Assembly: GCA_023205875.1 (NCBI GenBank)
Contig: CP060759.1
Span: 558,001-622,000, forward strand
Source of the DNA: Chloropicon primus
Taxonomy: Eukaryota
Reading direction: 5' to 3'
DNA length: 64,000 bases
A program made the translations under genes and the position numbers. Below, piece by piece: positions 41,801-52,800 of the stretch. How positions within the stretch are numbered: the stretch's first letter is position 1; each line of letters starts with the position of its first letter. Under the pieces are notes generated by a model. The model saw only the letters and a list, made by a program, of their open reading frames with translations. It had not been told where the DNA came from and ran no database searches.

Positions 41801-43518
41801 TGCTTCAACACCTCCGGAGGCTCCATCTCAGCGATTGCACACACGTGCCCCCGAATCAACTCCATCGTGACAGACTCCACGATGTCGTTTGTGCCCTCGG
41901 CGTTCGCTCCCAGGGTGAAGTCCTTGGAGGTGAGCAACAGCTGGGTGTGCGAATGGTCGTCAGCCTCGCAGGAGAAGAGGTACAGCCCCTCCTTGCAGAA
42001 CGCGTACTCCACGACGAGGGACTCGGAGTGTGACCTGTGAGGCGATCCCACGCCAAACACGCCCTTGTGGCTACCAAATGGGGGCCTGTCAGGCGCCCTC
42101 ATAACATATTTGACCCTAAGCTCCGATGGCCTTGGCGTCGTCCTTCCGTTGTAGTACCCGTAGGAGAAAGTCGACAAAAACAGCCTCCTTCCGTCCCCCA
42201 TGATTCCAACAAGATGCAGGTTCTGCGAAGCGGATTTGTCTAGGATGGCTATGTGCACAAGGTCTGTTGGCTTGGTGGTGCTCGTTCGGGAATACGAGTT
42301 CCCGCTCTCTCTGGCAAACAGCTGCCTTCCCAAGCCGTTGGGCCCACCGCGCCTCGCAGCATCGATAATGTCGCTGATTTCAGCAACCTTCTTTGGATTG
42401 GCTCTTCTATCCTCACCCAGGTCAAATACCTGGATGGTTGAGGCCCTGGTCCTTGCGTACATGATTCCCCTCTCCTCATCAATGATGAGCTGCTCGACTG
42501 GACTGGGAGCCCCTCTGAGAAACGTGGGAATCACCATATTCAGCAAGTTCTTCGAATGACAGACCAGGGAGCACCTCTTGTTCCTCCAGTTGTCCCCTAC
42601 ACTGTACGAAAGCTCGTAGATGTGCCCGTTCTCCCCTCCCAAGAATATTCTGCCCTCAGAAGTGGCACAGATGCTCGACATCATGACAGTGTCCGTAGAG
42701 ACGCTGTACAAGGGCAGGGGCTGGAGGTTCATGGACTCGTAGGAAGACTCCAAGCTCCCGTACCCGCCCCTTCCGCCTTTCGACTGCATCACGATGCCCA
42801 CAAGAGTCACCTCAACGGATGTGCATATGACCAAAACGTGCTGGATGGCCTCCCAAAAGACGCCGGGCTTCACTGGCGCCAAGGCGACGGCGCTGATCGC
42901 TTGCTCCTGGCCCTCGTACTGCACGACGTTTGGATCCGTCTCGCTGTCAAACTTCCAGATGAAAACAGCGTTGTCTACCGTCGCCCAGGCTCTCCTGATG
43001 CTCGGGAAGAGCCCCGTGAGGCACACAACAGGCTGGTGGGCGTCCCCCGCGTTGCTGCCGGAAATCTCCCCGCTCCCCGCCGCGAGGCTCACGTTGTACT
43101 TTTCGCGGATGACGTCCGGAAGAGCCGTGATCCCGAGCTGCGCGGACGCCGTGTTGTTCACAATGCGAACCGTCTGAGGCCACCCCGGCTGCTGGAAGCT
43201 GCATTTGGTCGAGGAGTTCTGCACTCGGAACGCTTTCTCGAGATCGTCCATGTGCAGGTTCCGCCCCGCGTCCTCCTTGATGACTTTGGACAGGATATCC
43301 GAGCCTTCCCTCACCCTCGAGGAGTCCACCGCTCCCAGAAACCTCGTCTTCTCGCCAGACCGTCCAGCGCTCTTCTTCCACAACGGGCTCGAGGCATCCG
43401 GTCCATTATTGACCACCGGCCTGTCCGTCCAACCCGTCCCCGGCCTCGGAGTCCGCTGCTCCTCCACATACTCCGTCCCCGCTTGCGCCCGCCACGCTGA
43501 TGGCGGAGGTCCCGACAT
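38848..43518 (-). CDS. NUP155: Nucleoporin Nup155/Nup170
   Basis: GLFPSIRRAWATVDN.VFIW, KPGVF.EAIQHVLV, GRIFLGG..GHIYEL, LEKRQQHL, DLYNDFA.P..MW..CLEML; 1556 aa. Confidence 0.92.
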   Translation of the reverse strand: MSGPPPSAWRAQAGTEYVEEQRTPRPGTGWTDRPVVNNGPDASSPLWKKSAGRSGEKTRFLGAVDSSRVREGSDILSKVIKEDAGRNLHMDDLEKAFRVQNSSTKCSFQQPGWPQTVRIVNNTASAQLGITALPDVIREKYNVSLAAGSGEISGSNAGDAHQPVVCLTGLFPSIRRAWATVDNAVFIWKFDSETDPNVVQYEGQEQAISAVALAPVKPGVFWEAIQHVLVICTSVEVTLVGIVMQSKGGRGGYGSLESSYESMNLQPLPLYSVSTDTVMMSSICATSEGRIFLGGENGHIYELSYSVGDNWRNKRCSLVCHSKNLLNMVIPTFLRGAPSPVEQLIIDEERGIMYARTRASTIQVFDLGEDRRANPKKVAEISDIIDAARRGGPNGLGRQLFARESGNSYSRTSTTKPTDLVHIAILDKSASQNLHLVGIMGDGRRLFLSTFSYGYYNGRTTPRPSELRVKYVMRAPDRPPFGSHKGVFGVGSPHRSHSESLVVEYAFCKEGLYLFSCEADDHSHTQLLLTSKDFTLGANAEGTNDIVESVTMELIRGHVCAIAEMEPPEVLKQTVQVKGDLYGDLSEVLHSAMLPAKRFSLVSTSGTLIVEKLRPVDLLQNLVESGNRDHIRNFFQNYGLAESACMCLIFAASVVRSNSADADFWLDELKSSFGLEADEAAAVMQVIAKSPFVIEEARKVFSDPDFTGRPVQEDDSLGEISTPVASTFDMGGPREPKIKFSARLDGFALLAARLLRPVWDIGVFSIDARGSKVEYGLAMNTKSMRLLEERISSLVQYMIEFTHHQEYILSEDSRGYISENGRRTRQKVEIAMAKEQSCITSLCSLLQRCYETLKMLRMLQEKTNGNLALLVNRLEGPPRDFFSLSGKSSGRKGTLHELVVMDEGDNLMRSLVSALMSYKMDVSSGAIHLKEISSELEATCPTLFQSEDRIFYDARMSLRSARKASGAERNELIQNALKMLLQVPLVVNIYAVFSELIDLKAYQGAVDLVIQAAAMRDPRNIALQNDARKEDYQRVREECYVLVIEVLTQLKTSSMTEVALTSSPLSASKAESESHQAMKTYTKILSHCMSSNDICFHKYLYNQLMSMGPEAQNDLIQQNPAYLEEFLREQAGLSAGPAPIHTIVKKLPALMPKAVDALEVLGRLYVHRHMFSHAAYLQLLLGERLNVSEGDPSFVSLEKRQQHLLDAMRLAKSRSQHQGLQSPDSEGFSNSLLDALQCKVEIIAFQIRLVDSLTSKASSCESELMQVGGEYNIPRQSIDRLTELVNKGVHENISMLIQTELGNLITADGQERLTQLLTSYAGYAMKTLNLVTTFFSLEDLYNDFARPECMWVLCLEMLHLAQFSDVQMIKDHWDMCLFAAIKESVDGQSLSAACSIVRDLGNNFYPNDVSFPMQHLVQRLEEIAAGIWPAGEGSPASSDVHKLIPKTLLEVCGASERLRYVYDTLIERHTTTNVLRLQYLKSVIVVLEFAKMEMLKSKSDFRSTPGILSTRPLREAGLLVELCDKYLLQAQSLSSDLDLNLDDLVSSFERVKNLDK

Positions 43519-44046
43519 TGCCCCTCTCTGCCTCGCACCGCCGACACAAACTCCTCTCCCTCAAAGCACTCCGAGAGACAAAACGAAACCGAAGCCTTCA
43601 CGATTCCAAGCCCCTCCTCCGCTGTCGTAACGTAACGCGTCAAAGAGACGCTGGCGTCGAAGAGAGCGATCCTAAGACCGTGCGCGTGTCCCTCGACCCC
43701 AGCAATGCCACCAAAGCCTCTGCGACGCTCCACCAGTGCCCTCTCCCTCTCTCCCTCTCTCTCTCTCTCTCTCTCGTGCCTCCTGATCTCTTTCCTCTCG
43801 CCAAGACCTTGACAAGAAGAATCCGAGAACGCCAAGCGTCGAGTGAGATATCAATGGAAAGCTCGTGAGCAGGCCCTTGTCACGGTGACCTCCTCGTCCT
43901 CCTCGTCAACCGCCTTCCGTCCGAACCCTTGGCCCAAAGGTCCTTCGCTCTCCGTTTCCAGATCGATCGATCGTGCGGCGGAAGAACACCCGATCAAAGT
44001 GAGAGCCGAGGAGCAGAAAAAAATTTCGCAGACGGCGGCGACGAGA

Positions 44047-44077
<31 letters not shown>

Positions 44078-44084
44078 AGTGATC

Positions 44085-45150
44085 ATGGCGGAGGAACCAA
44101 CGACGAAGGGGGAGAAGGAGGAGGAGACCAAGGTGAGTTCGACCGCAAAGGAACGTGCCGTCAGTCGAAATGGTTTCGTCGTCTTCTTTTACCGTTTCAC
44201 AGAGAGAGAGAGAGAGAGAGAGACGGTTTGGTTTGGTTTGGTTTGGTTTGTGGCATGGAGAGTGGAGTGTCTCGATCGTGGTGGTGTCTTGGCGAGGGAG
44301 AGGGAGCGAGTGGACTGGACTCAGAGGATTTCGAGGCTGAGGTGTTGTTCGCTTCGTGGAGGGGTTGGTATTGACTCTGCTGTGTTTGTGTTTGTGGTTT
44401 TTTTTTTTGGTTTGGGTGGTGGACCTCCTGCAGGTTGCGCCTACTCCTATCTTTGGACAGGGCTCGACTTTCGCTGGGACGGGATTCAGTGGCTTTAGCA
44501 TGAACTCGGGAGGCTTCGCCTCGAGCGGGACGAGCGAGGCGTCCGGTGGAACCGCCGCGGCTGCGAACCCGGAGGAGGAGTGCCAGGCGGAGTTCAAGCC
44601 GGTGGTTCAGCTCGAGAAGGCGGAGGTGACAACCGGGGAGGAGTCCGAGGAAGTGAAGTTGGAGTACAAAGCCAAGCTGTACCGGTACGACTTTGAGAAG
44701 CAGGAGTGGAAGGAGAGGGGCGTTGGACCTTGCAGGATTCTAGAAGACAAGAAAACCAAGAAGACCAGGGTCCTCATGAGACGTGACAAGCTCCATAAGA
44801 TTTGCGCAAACTTCCTCATCATGCCTGGAACGGCCCTGCAGAACCACCAGGGCAACGACAAGACTTGGGTCTGGTCGACGCCAGACTTCTCGGAGGAGGA
44901 GATGAAGACCGAGCTTTTCACGATCAGGTTCGGGACCGTCGAGAAGGCCAACGAGTTCAAGGAGGCCTTTGAGGCGGGCATGAAAGCGAACGAGGAGCTT
45001 GGAATTCTGGACGAGTCGAAGGAGGCTGAGTCGAAGGAGGAGGGCGAGGAGAAGAAGAAGGAGGACGGGGCGGACGAACTGGCAAAGGGCCTTGCCGACG
45101 TGAAGGTAGAGGGGGAGGAGAAGAAGGAGGAAGAGGAGAGCAAAGAATAA
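44085..45150 (+). CDS. RANBP1: Ran-binding protein 1
   Basis: Exons 44085-44132 and 44434-45150 (phase 0). VTTGEE.EE, AKLYR, WKERGVG, RVLMRRDK..KICAN, IRF. Confidence 0.92.
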
Positions 45151-45305
45151 GTGAGCAGGATGGAATGCCTTTGAAAAACACCTCGGCTTCTTTAATATAC
45201 AATCACAAAAGAAACTTTTTGCCACCCCTGGAGTACTCTCCTGTTTCTTGCATGGGACGCCTTTACCGCGCACGAGGGGCTGCCTTCGAAAAACGCCTCG
45301 AGACT

Positions 45306-45347
<42 letters not shown>

Positions 45348-45666
45348 TTGTGTGTGTATGTGTGCACCTTTCCCACTCCGTTCGAAGAAGGACCCCATAC
45401 GCCGACAGGTCGGATTCGATCGTAGGATCAAAAGGACAGGTTCCAAGGGAGGCCGACCATCTTTTGGCATTCAAGTCCCTTGCGAACACGCCCACCCACA
45501 CCCACACCCACGAACACACGCTCCTCCTTCCCCCCTCCTTCCCCTCCTTCCCAAGGCGAAATTTGTTCCTAGTTTGGAGAGTAGTTTAAATCAATCGTAC
45601 AGGTGAGAGAGAGAGAGAGAAGGAGACAGCGTCGGGAGGGAGAGGAGCGTCGCAGTGCGAGGCAAG

Positions 45667-47042
45667 ATGTCTTTCCGGGAGTTGAGGAACTTCACGGAGA
45701 CCATGAGGTGCCTTGGGTATCCTCGGTTGATCAGCATGGAAAACTTCCGGACGCCAAACTTTGAACTCGTGGCAGACCTGTTGTACTGGCTCTTGAAGAG
45801 GTGAGTGAGAGAGGAGAGAGGGAGCGGAGGGTGGAGACCAAAGGTGAGAGCTTTGTGGACTGACGATGGCCTTGCTTCTTGTCACCGCTCAGGTACGACC
45901 CGGAGATATCCATATCGGACGAGATCAGCACGGAAAGCGACCGCGTCTTGTTCCTCAAGTCGACGGCAAAGATTATGTTGTCCAAAGCGAGGGTGAAGCT
46001 GAACTTGAAGCGGTTGTACGCAGCGGACGGACACGCGGTGAGGGAGCTCCTGAAGATAGCAAACATGCTCCGGGATGCGACGACGAAGGCCGAAGCGCAG
46101 AACGAAGCGGAAGCGGTGGAGGTCCTCGACCTGGACAGGAAGAGCTTAGACCCCAAGCAGGTGAGGGAGCACGCCACGGACATCACGCGGTGTGGTGCTT
46201 TCCTTTACGACGTGCTGCAGAACGAGATTCAGAGCAGGGACATGCGGTACAGGGCGGTGAACAGCAACATCGATTTGGAAGAAATCGAGAGGGCGGTGCA
46301 GAACTCCATTCAGTCTGTGCGGGAGAACATCACCAACCTCGACATCCAGCTGGACGAGCTGGAGAAGGACAAGTCAAACTTGGAGTCCAAGATAGAAAAG
46401 AGGAGGGCAGAGCTCGAGAGGAGCGAGAAGCGCCTGAGTACTCTGCAGAGCGTGCGGCCGGCTTACATGGACGAGTACGAGCAGCTGCAGGCCAAGATGC
46501 AAGACCTTTACACAAAGTACTTGGAGAGACACAGGAACCTGGAGTACCTCGAGAGTCAGCTCGAGCTGTACAGGTCCAAGGAGCAGAAGGAGATTGACGA
46601 GGCGAGCAAGAAGATCCGAAAGATGCAGAGGCGTCTTCAGGACGAGGAGATGAGGATTCTCAGGGGCGAAGTCGCCATCGAGGACAATGAGCTTGACGAC
46701 GACGACATCACAGACATTACAGAAGACAGTGGCTTCCTCAGCCCCGGGGCTCAGTCCACGCTGCAGTCCACGAGGAGGAGGTCCATCGTGGAAACGCAGC
46801 TTCCGGGGGATTTGGTGAGCTCTGCGGAGAAGACTGTCCAAGGGAGCCTTGCGATTAACGACGATGATTCGGACGAGGACGCCTTTTCCGATCTCACCGA
46901 AGCCTCTGAGGACAGCGACACGCACCTCTCTGTCAACGACGAGGACGGCCTTGACGAGGACGACTTGATTGAGGAAGAGGACGATGCGGACATTCTGAGC
47001 GGGGATGACTTCACGACGGAAGGAAGCGATAACGAGTTTTGA
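45667..47042 (+). CDS. CLUAP1: Clusterin-associated protein 1 / IFT38 (IFT-B subunit)
   Basis: Exons 45667-45800 and 45893-47042 (phase 2). [56 protein letters not shown]; acidic tail. Confidence 0.94.
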
Positions 47043-47081
47043 TTGTCTCTTTGTAATGAATTTACCAAAATATTAAATTCT

Positions 47082-49475
47082 TTAGCTCCACTTTGGCTTC
47101 TCCGGACTGGACGACTTGAAGTTTGCCGCCGACAATGGCCGGCGAGTTGGGACTGCTGCCGCTGACTTTCTGGCCACTGCGCTTGCAGGCCTCTTCTCCA
47201 CGGAGAGTCTCTTGTTCTCGTCGGACTGCTTCCTGACGCGGGACCGCAGCCTCTCGATCTCCGCGTCTTTGGCGCTTGTGTTCGTTTGATTCTTCTTCGC
47301 CTGCCCGAGCTCGCACGTCGCTACCCGAGTTGCAAACCTGAGCGTGCTCACGGTTTCACTGGCATTGTCCTTCTCAGGCGCAATGTGGCTCAGCATCAAA
47401 ACCTTGCTACTTCCGCTCATCGATTCGGCCAAGAGATGGGTGAGCTTGCTGTTTCTAAATGGAACGTGCTTCTTCTTCTTCGATGCAAGCGCTTGGATGA
47501 CATCCCCAAGGGCGCTCAGACTCTTGTTAATGCTCTGAGCTTCCTTCAACCTTTCTCCGGTGGCTTGCGACCTTCCCACTCGCTCGCTTCCGGCGAGATC
47601 GATGAGGTTGACCTTCGCATGAGTCTCCACCCCGTTCAGACGATTGCTCGAGGTGACATTGATGGTGAAGACGCTGTGACTTCGGCTTGATCTCTCGTTC
47701 ATCTTTGTCGCCCCAATCGATCTGTTTTCGTGGCCCTTCTCCATCAACGCCATGACCTCTGGGATGTCGGAGACGCTCATGACTGTGAGACCAGGCACGT
47801 CCACCCCACTTCCTCCTGCGTCGGCGCTACTGCCCCTGATTTCCAGCTTCTTGTCCTTCTTCTGGTCGTCCAGAAGGTCCCTTAGCTGCTCGTTGTAGAT
47901 CTCCAGCATCTGAATCGACACGTCGAAGTCGTGCGTGGCCGAACTCCTTTCGATGTTTCTGAAAAGGTCTTCCACGACCCTCGTGTTGACTCCCCTTTCA
48001 GCGCCTTGGTTGCCGGTCATCGTGTGCGTCTTTCCACTGCCGGTCTGACCGTACGCGAAAAGGCAGACGTTGTAGCCATCAAGAGCGCTCTGAACAAATG
48101 GGGAGATCTCGTTCCAGACCTTTTCCTGCGTCGAGGATTCGTCGAAAACTTTCTCAAAAGCAAAGTTGGTGTTGCTTCCTTCGGACAACCAAATTTTGTC
48201 CTTGCCGAAATCCGAGGTGCAGTCCACGTTCACGATGGACGCCTCGGTGCTCCCTGTCGCGCCAGGCGGTCTGACGCGCGTGTACACCCTGATGTTGCCC
48301 TTGAGGTCAAGGATCTCGTTGTTCAGCCTCGCGTTCTCCGCCTGGATAGTACTGTAGTCCTTCACAACGGCATACATGGGCTCAATGTGGTGTTGGAGCT
48401 GCGACAACTCGATCTGAAAGGCCGTGAACGCGAGGCTGGCGTCCATTTTGATCGATTTGCATATTTTCTTTGCTTCGCTTGCCTCCCCCTTCAATGCTTT
48501 CACTTTCGCCAAGACTCTCGCGTTGGTTTCCTGCCTGTCCTTCCTCACGTCCTCCAATTCGGCCTCAGCCTTTGCCCTTTCAGTTTCAGCGGCAGCTTTC
48601 TCCTCCGCGTCCCTTTTCATCTCGGCGACCCGTTCGCCATTCTCCAGGCTTTCCGCGGCAGCCTTCTTTGACTGCTCGAGGGATGCCCTCAGCCTCTTCA
48701 GCTCTGTCTCCTTCTTCAGAAGACGCCTTTCGTATTCTGAGGTCAAGCTGCTCAGCACGGACTCGATCACGGGACCCAAAGTCTCGACTGTCCTTTCAGG
48801 CGATACGCTGCCGGCAGATGCTGGCGAGATGGAGAGGGGGCTGCTCCCCATTGTCGCGTTCAGCAAATTCGTGCACTGCTGCATGAGCCTAGTCACAGAG
48901 ACTGCTGCCTGCACGCCGCGGCCTTTGGCGTTCTTTATGGCTGAAGCACGGGCCAAGGGTAGAGACTCCGGGAGCCCCGGCGTCTGGAACCCCGGAGTCT
49001 TCACGTCGCCGCAGTCGTCACCACTGACCTCGCTCCTCAAGGGAGTCATGTTGAGGCTCGACTTGCTGCTTCCCGAGGTGCCAACCTCTCCAGGTTTCCT
49101 CTCGGCGTTCCACAGGGACCTGAGACGCAAAATTGTGTTCACCACGGGATGACCCCTCGCCGCATCCAGGTCCGCTAGGTGGAAGAGGTCGTCCCTCTCG
49201 AGGCCGACACTTAGGCAACCGTCAAAGAAGTTGTCAAAGTTGTACGTCTTGGGGAGCGCCTCCGCGGGCTGCGCCGTCTGTCTATACACCTGCACGTTCA
49301 AAAGCCGGCACAGCACCTCGCCACTCCTCAAGCTCTCGCAGAATGCCGCGTCATCCTCCGCGGGCACCTCTACCCCGATCGCCTCCCGAACAAACTCCGC
49401 TGCCTCCTTCCTCCTCATCCGGCTCTCCTGCGCGGTGGTCTCCCTCATTCCCTCCACCGAGAGACTGTAGAGCAT
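47082..49475 (-). CDS. Kinesin-14 with N-terminal calponin-homology domain (KCH-type)
   Basis: CH-like LRSGEVLCRLLN...LFHLADL; neck DLKGNIRVYTRVRP; YGQTGSGKT, NERSSRSH, DLAGSER, HVPFRNSKLT. Confidence 0.92.
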   Translation of the reverse strand: MLYSLSVEGMRETTAQESRMRRKEAAEFVREAIGVEVPAEDDAAFCESLRSGEVLCRLLNVQVYRQTAQPAEALPKTYNFDNFFDGCLSVGLERDDLFHLADLDAARGHPVVNTILRLRSLWNAERKPGEVGTSGSSKSSLNMTPLRSEVSGDDCGDVKTPGFQTPGLPESLPLARASAIKNAKGRGVQAAVSVTRLMQQCTNLLNATMGSSPLSISPASAGSVSPERTVETLGPVIESVLSSLTSEYERRLLKKETELKRLRASLEQSKKAAAESLENGERVAEMKRDAEEKAAAETERAKAEAELEDVRKDRQETNARVLAKVKALKGEASEAKKICKSIKMDASLAFTAFQIELSQLQHHIEPMYAVVKDYSTIQAENARLNNEILDLKGNIRVYTRVRPPGATGSTEASIVNVDCTSDFGKDKIWLSEGSNTNFAFEKVFDESSTQEKVWNEISPFVQSALDGYNVCLFAYGQTGSGKTHTMTGNQGAERGVNTRVVEDLFRNIERSSATHDFDVSIQMLEIYNEQLRDLLDDQKKDKKLEIRGSSADAGGSGVDVPGLTVMSVSDIPEVMALMEKGHENRSIGATKMNERSSRSHSVFTINVTSSNRLNGVETHAKVNLIDLAGSERVGRSQATGERLKEAQSINKSLSALGDVIQALASKKKKHVPFRNSKLTHLLAESMSGSSKVLMLSHIAPEKDNASETVSTLRFATRVATCELGQAKKNQTNTSAKDAEIERLRSRVRKQSDENKRLSVEKRPASAVARKSAAAVPTRRPLSAANFKSSSPEKPKWS

Positions 49476-49889
49476 TCTCTTCTCCGTCCTGTTGTCCTGT
49501 CGTGCCCGAACTGCGCACACCACTCCCACTCGCCTCGCTCAAAGGAAGGTCTCCTTGACGACCAGCTGTCGTTTTTCGAGTTTGGGTTCCCCTCCCCAAC
49601 CCCAACGGCCACCCACGACCCCAGTGGAGGGATGAGGATGGAGAAGGGAACGAGGGCACAAGGGGGAAGGTGATGGAGGCGAAGAAAGCAAGGTTTGGCA
49701 GTATTGGAATCCTCGTCGCTTGCTCTTTCGATCGGTGTGCGTTACGATAGGTTTTGCGCCGGCTTCGACGACGAGGTGTCAGGCATCAACACACTGGCAA
49801 TTGGGCGAGAGAGGGGAGGGAGAGAGGTGCAGGTTGGGTGAGAGAGGGAGGGGAGCGTTCGTTGAGGGTCTTCGATCCGGAGCACCATC

Positions 49890-52800
49890 ATGGGATTTGC
49901 TGGCGGCGAAGGAAAACTCCTGATGGACGAGTACGAGGCCAAGTACGTGACGCTTCGCTCGAGCAGGGAGGTTGTGGAGGGTCTCGTTGCCGTGCCCAGG
50001 GGGCGGGAGACTGGAAGCGACGAGGGGTTGGGTTGGAGAGCGGGGAGCGGGGAGTACAACGAGACGTTGTGGTGCTTTCCTTCGGCCCCGACGACGAGCG
50101 TGGAGGCCGTGTACGACCTGAGGACGAGGAAATTGACGTCGTCCGAGACGACTTCGTACTCTGGGAACGGAGGCCAAGGCGGTGCGGGCGCGGGATCTGG
50201 GCTCAACGCCGCGCTCGACCTGGCGGTGAGAGAGGAGGAGGGGACGACGAGGCACGGGAGGACGAATGCAGTGTCGACTTCCCGCCGAACCTTCGCTTCT
50301 GCGACATCGACAAGCGTGGGAGATACGAGTCGGTGGGTCGACGATCTGAAGCGGGCCGTGGCCAAGGCGGACGTTCAGCTCTTCGCCCAGGCCCCTGGCC
50401 TCAGGAGGAGCGTCTGGTGCACCGATGCGGCCGAGGTGGAGGATTTCGAGGCAGTCGAAGCGGTGCTGGAGGCGGAGAAGAGCGCCGCCGCAGTGGGAAC
50501 GGACGACGAGGCGGGGGGCGACGAGGCGAGGGAGAACGCCGCGGTGGCATCCTTTGGCGACGTGTTCACGAACAAGAATTTCTCCACGGCTCTGGAGGAC
50601 TTCCTTGGGGCCAACGACGAGGCAGAGGAGGACGAGGGAGAATACGACGACGATGCGGCCTCGTCCGAGGCGAGCAGGCGGAAGCAAGTTGCTTACAACG
50701 TGCAAAGCGATCCCACCCTTCTGGGCGACGATTCTGAATTCGAGAAGCTCATGGACCACCTGGACAAGCATGATGACTTTTGGTACCAAGCAAAGCAGGC
50801 GGGCAAGAGCAAAGACAAGAAGCGTTGGGCCGTGTCCGAGAGGATTGAGAACCTGGACGAGGCGTACAAAAAAGCGGTGACTGACCCTGCCATGACCTTT
50901 CCGTTCGAGTTGGATGGATTCCAGAAGGAGGCGATTATCCACTTGGAAAGGAACGAGAGCGTCTTTGTTGCGGCGCACACCTCGGCAGGAAAGACGGTGG
51001 TGGCTGAGTACGCGTTTGCTTTGGCGAGCAAGCATTGCAGCAGGGCCGTGTACACGTCGCCGATCAAAACGATTTCCAATCAGAAATTCAGGGACTTCAC
51101 GGACAATGGGTTTGATGTCGGCCTGCTCACCGGGGACGTCAGCATCAAGCCTGAGGCGTCCTCCCTGATTATGACGACCGAAATTCTGCGAAGCATGCTT
51201 TACAGGGGCGCAAACATGATTCGCGACATCGAGTGGGTCATCTTCGATGAGGTCCATTACGTCAATGACATCGAACGCGGAGTGGTCTGGGAGGAGGTGA
51301 TCATCATGCTGCCGGAGACAGTTTCGATCGTGTGTCTGTCTGCAACCGTGCCAAATGTTGTTGAGTTTGCCGACTGGATTGGGCGCACGAAGAGGCAAAA
51401 CATATACATCACGGGCACCATGAAAAGGCCCGTACCACTGGAGCACAGTGTCTACTACAAGGAGGAGCTTTACAAGGTCTGCGAAGGGCCTTCATTCAAT
51501 CCGGCTGGGTACAAGAAGCTCTCCAGTGCTCACAAGGAGGCGACTGCGCCGAAACCGATTGGCGCGTCATCCAAGAGCAAAACCCAGCAGGGAGGGTCAA
51601 ACAAGCAGCAGAACAACAGCCAGCACAACCAGAACAAACGAGGGCAGCAACACCCGGGCCCGAGGTCAAGTAGCAGACGGGGGCCGAACAGCCAGCACAG
51701 GCCCCCCCAGAGGAGTCAGCAGCAGAGATTTTCGAAGGGTCATAGCTTGAATACGGAGCGCACCCAGCTCGGCAAGCTTCTCGCCATCCTCAAGAAGGAG
51801 GACCTCCTGCCCACGATTATTTTTGCGTTCTCAAAGAAGAGGTGCGATCTCCTGGCAGAGTACATTAGGTCGAGGGACATGACGACGGCGGAGGAAAAAG
51901 GCGAAATTCACAACTTTTGCAGCAGGTCTTTCAGCCGGCTCACCGGCACGGACAGAAGCTTGCCGCAGATTAACCGCGTGCAGGACCTCTTGAAGAAGGG
52001 GATTGGGGTTCATCACTCGGGCCTGCTTCCCATTGTGAGGGAGGTGGTCGAGATGCTTTTCTGCAAGGGCCTGGTGAAAATTCTCTTCTCTACAGAGACG
52101 TTTGCAATGGGTGTGAACGCCCCCGCCCGCGCAGTTGTTTTCCATTCCCTGAGGAAGCATGACGGCCAGAGCTTTAGAACTTTGTTGTCCGGGGAGTATA
52201 CTCAGATGGCGGGAAGGGCGGGAAGGAGGGGCCTGGATGACTTTGGGACCGTTATCATCGCTTGCTGGGACGGGATTCCGGGAGAGCTGGAGCTGAAGAA
52301 ATTGATCACGGGCTCCGCCACGAGGCTGCAAAGCCAGTTTCGGTTGACGTACAACATGATTTTGAACCTGCTGAGAGTGGACGAGATGAAGATTGAGGAC
52401 ATGATCAGGAGATCCTTTGGGGAGTTCCACGCCCAGGCTGCCCTTCCGAACACCAAAGCTCTGCTCAAGAAGGCCAGCAAGGCTTGCACAAGCTTGGACA
52501 TGGTCGAATGGCCTGTCGACAACGACTCGTTCAAGGAGACAGAGGTTCACGAGTATACCGCTTGTGTGAACGAGGCCAGCAAGATTGGGAGGTACATCAT
52601 GGGCAAGGTCCAGGAAAGTCACTCGGTTTCGACAGTGCTGTCGGTGGGCAGGCCAGTCCTTTACTATCAAAATTCTGCAGGAGATGTCCCTCAGATCGCC
52701 ATCATCTGCGACATGAAGAACGCTCCTCAAAAGTTTGGTGCGCTGGGGAAAGCGAAGAAGAAACTCGTTCTCTTCGTGCTTCACAACAAGTCTATGCCAA

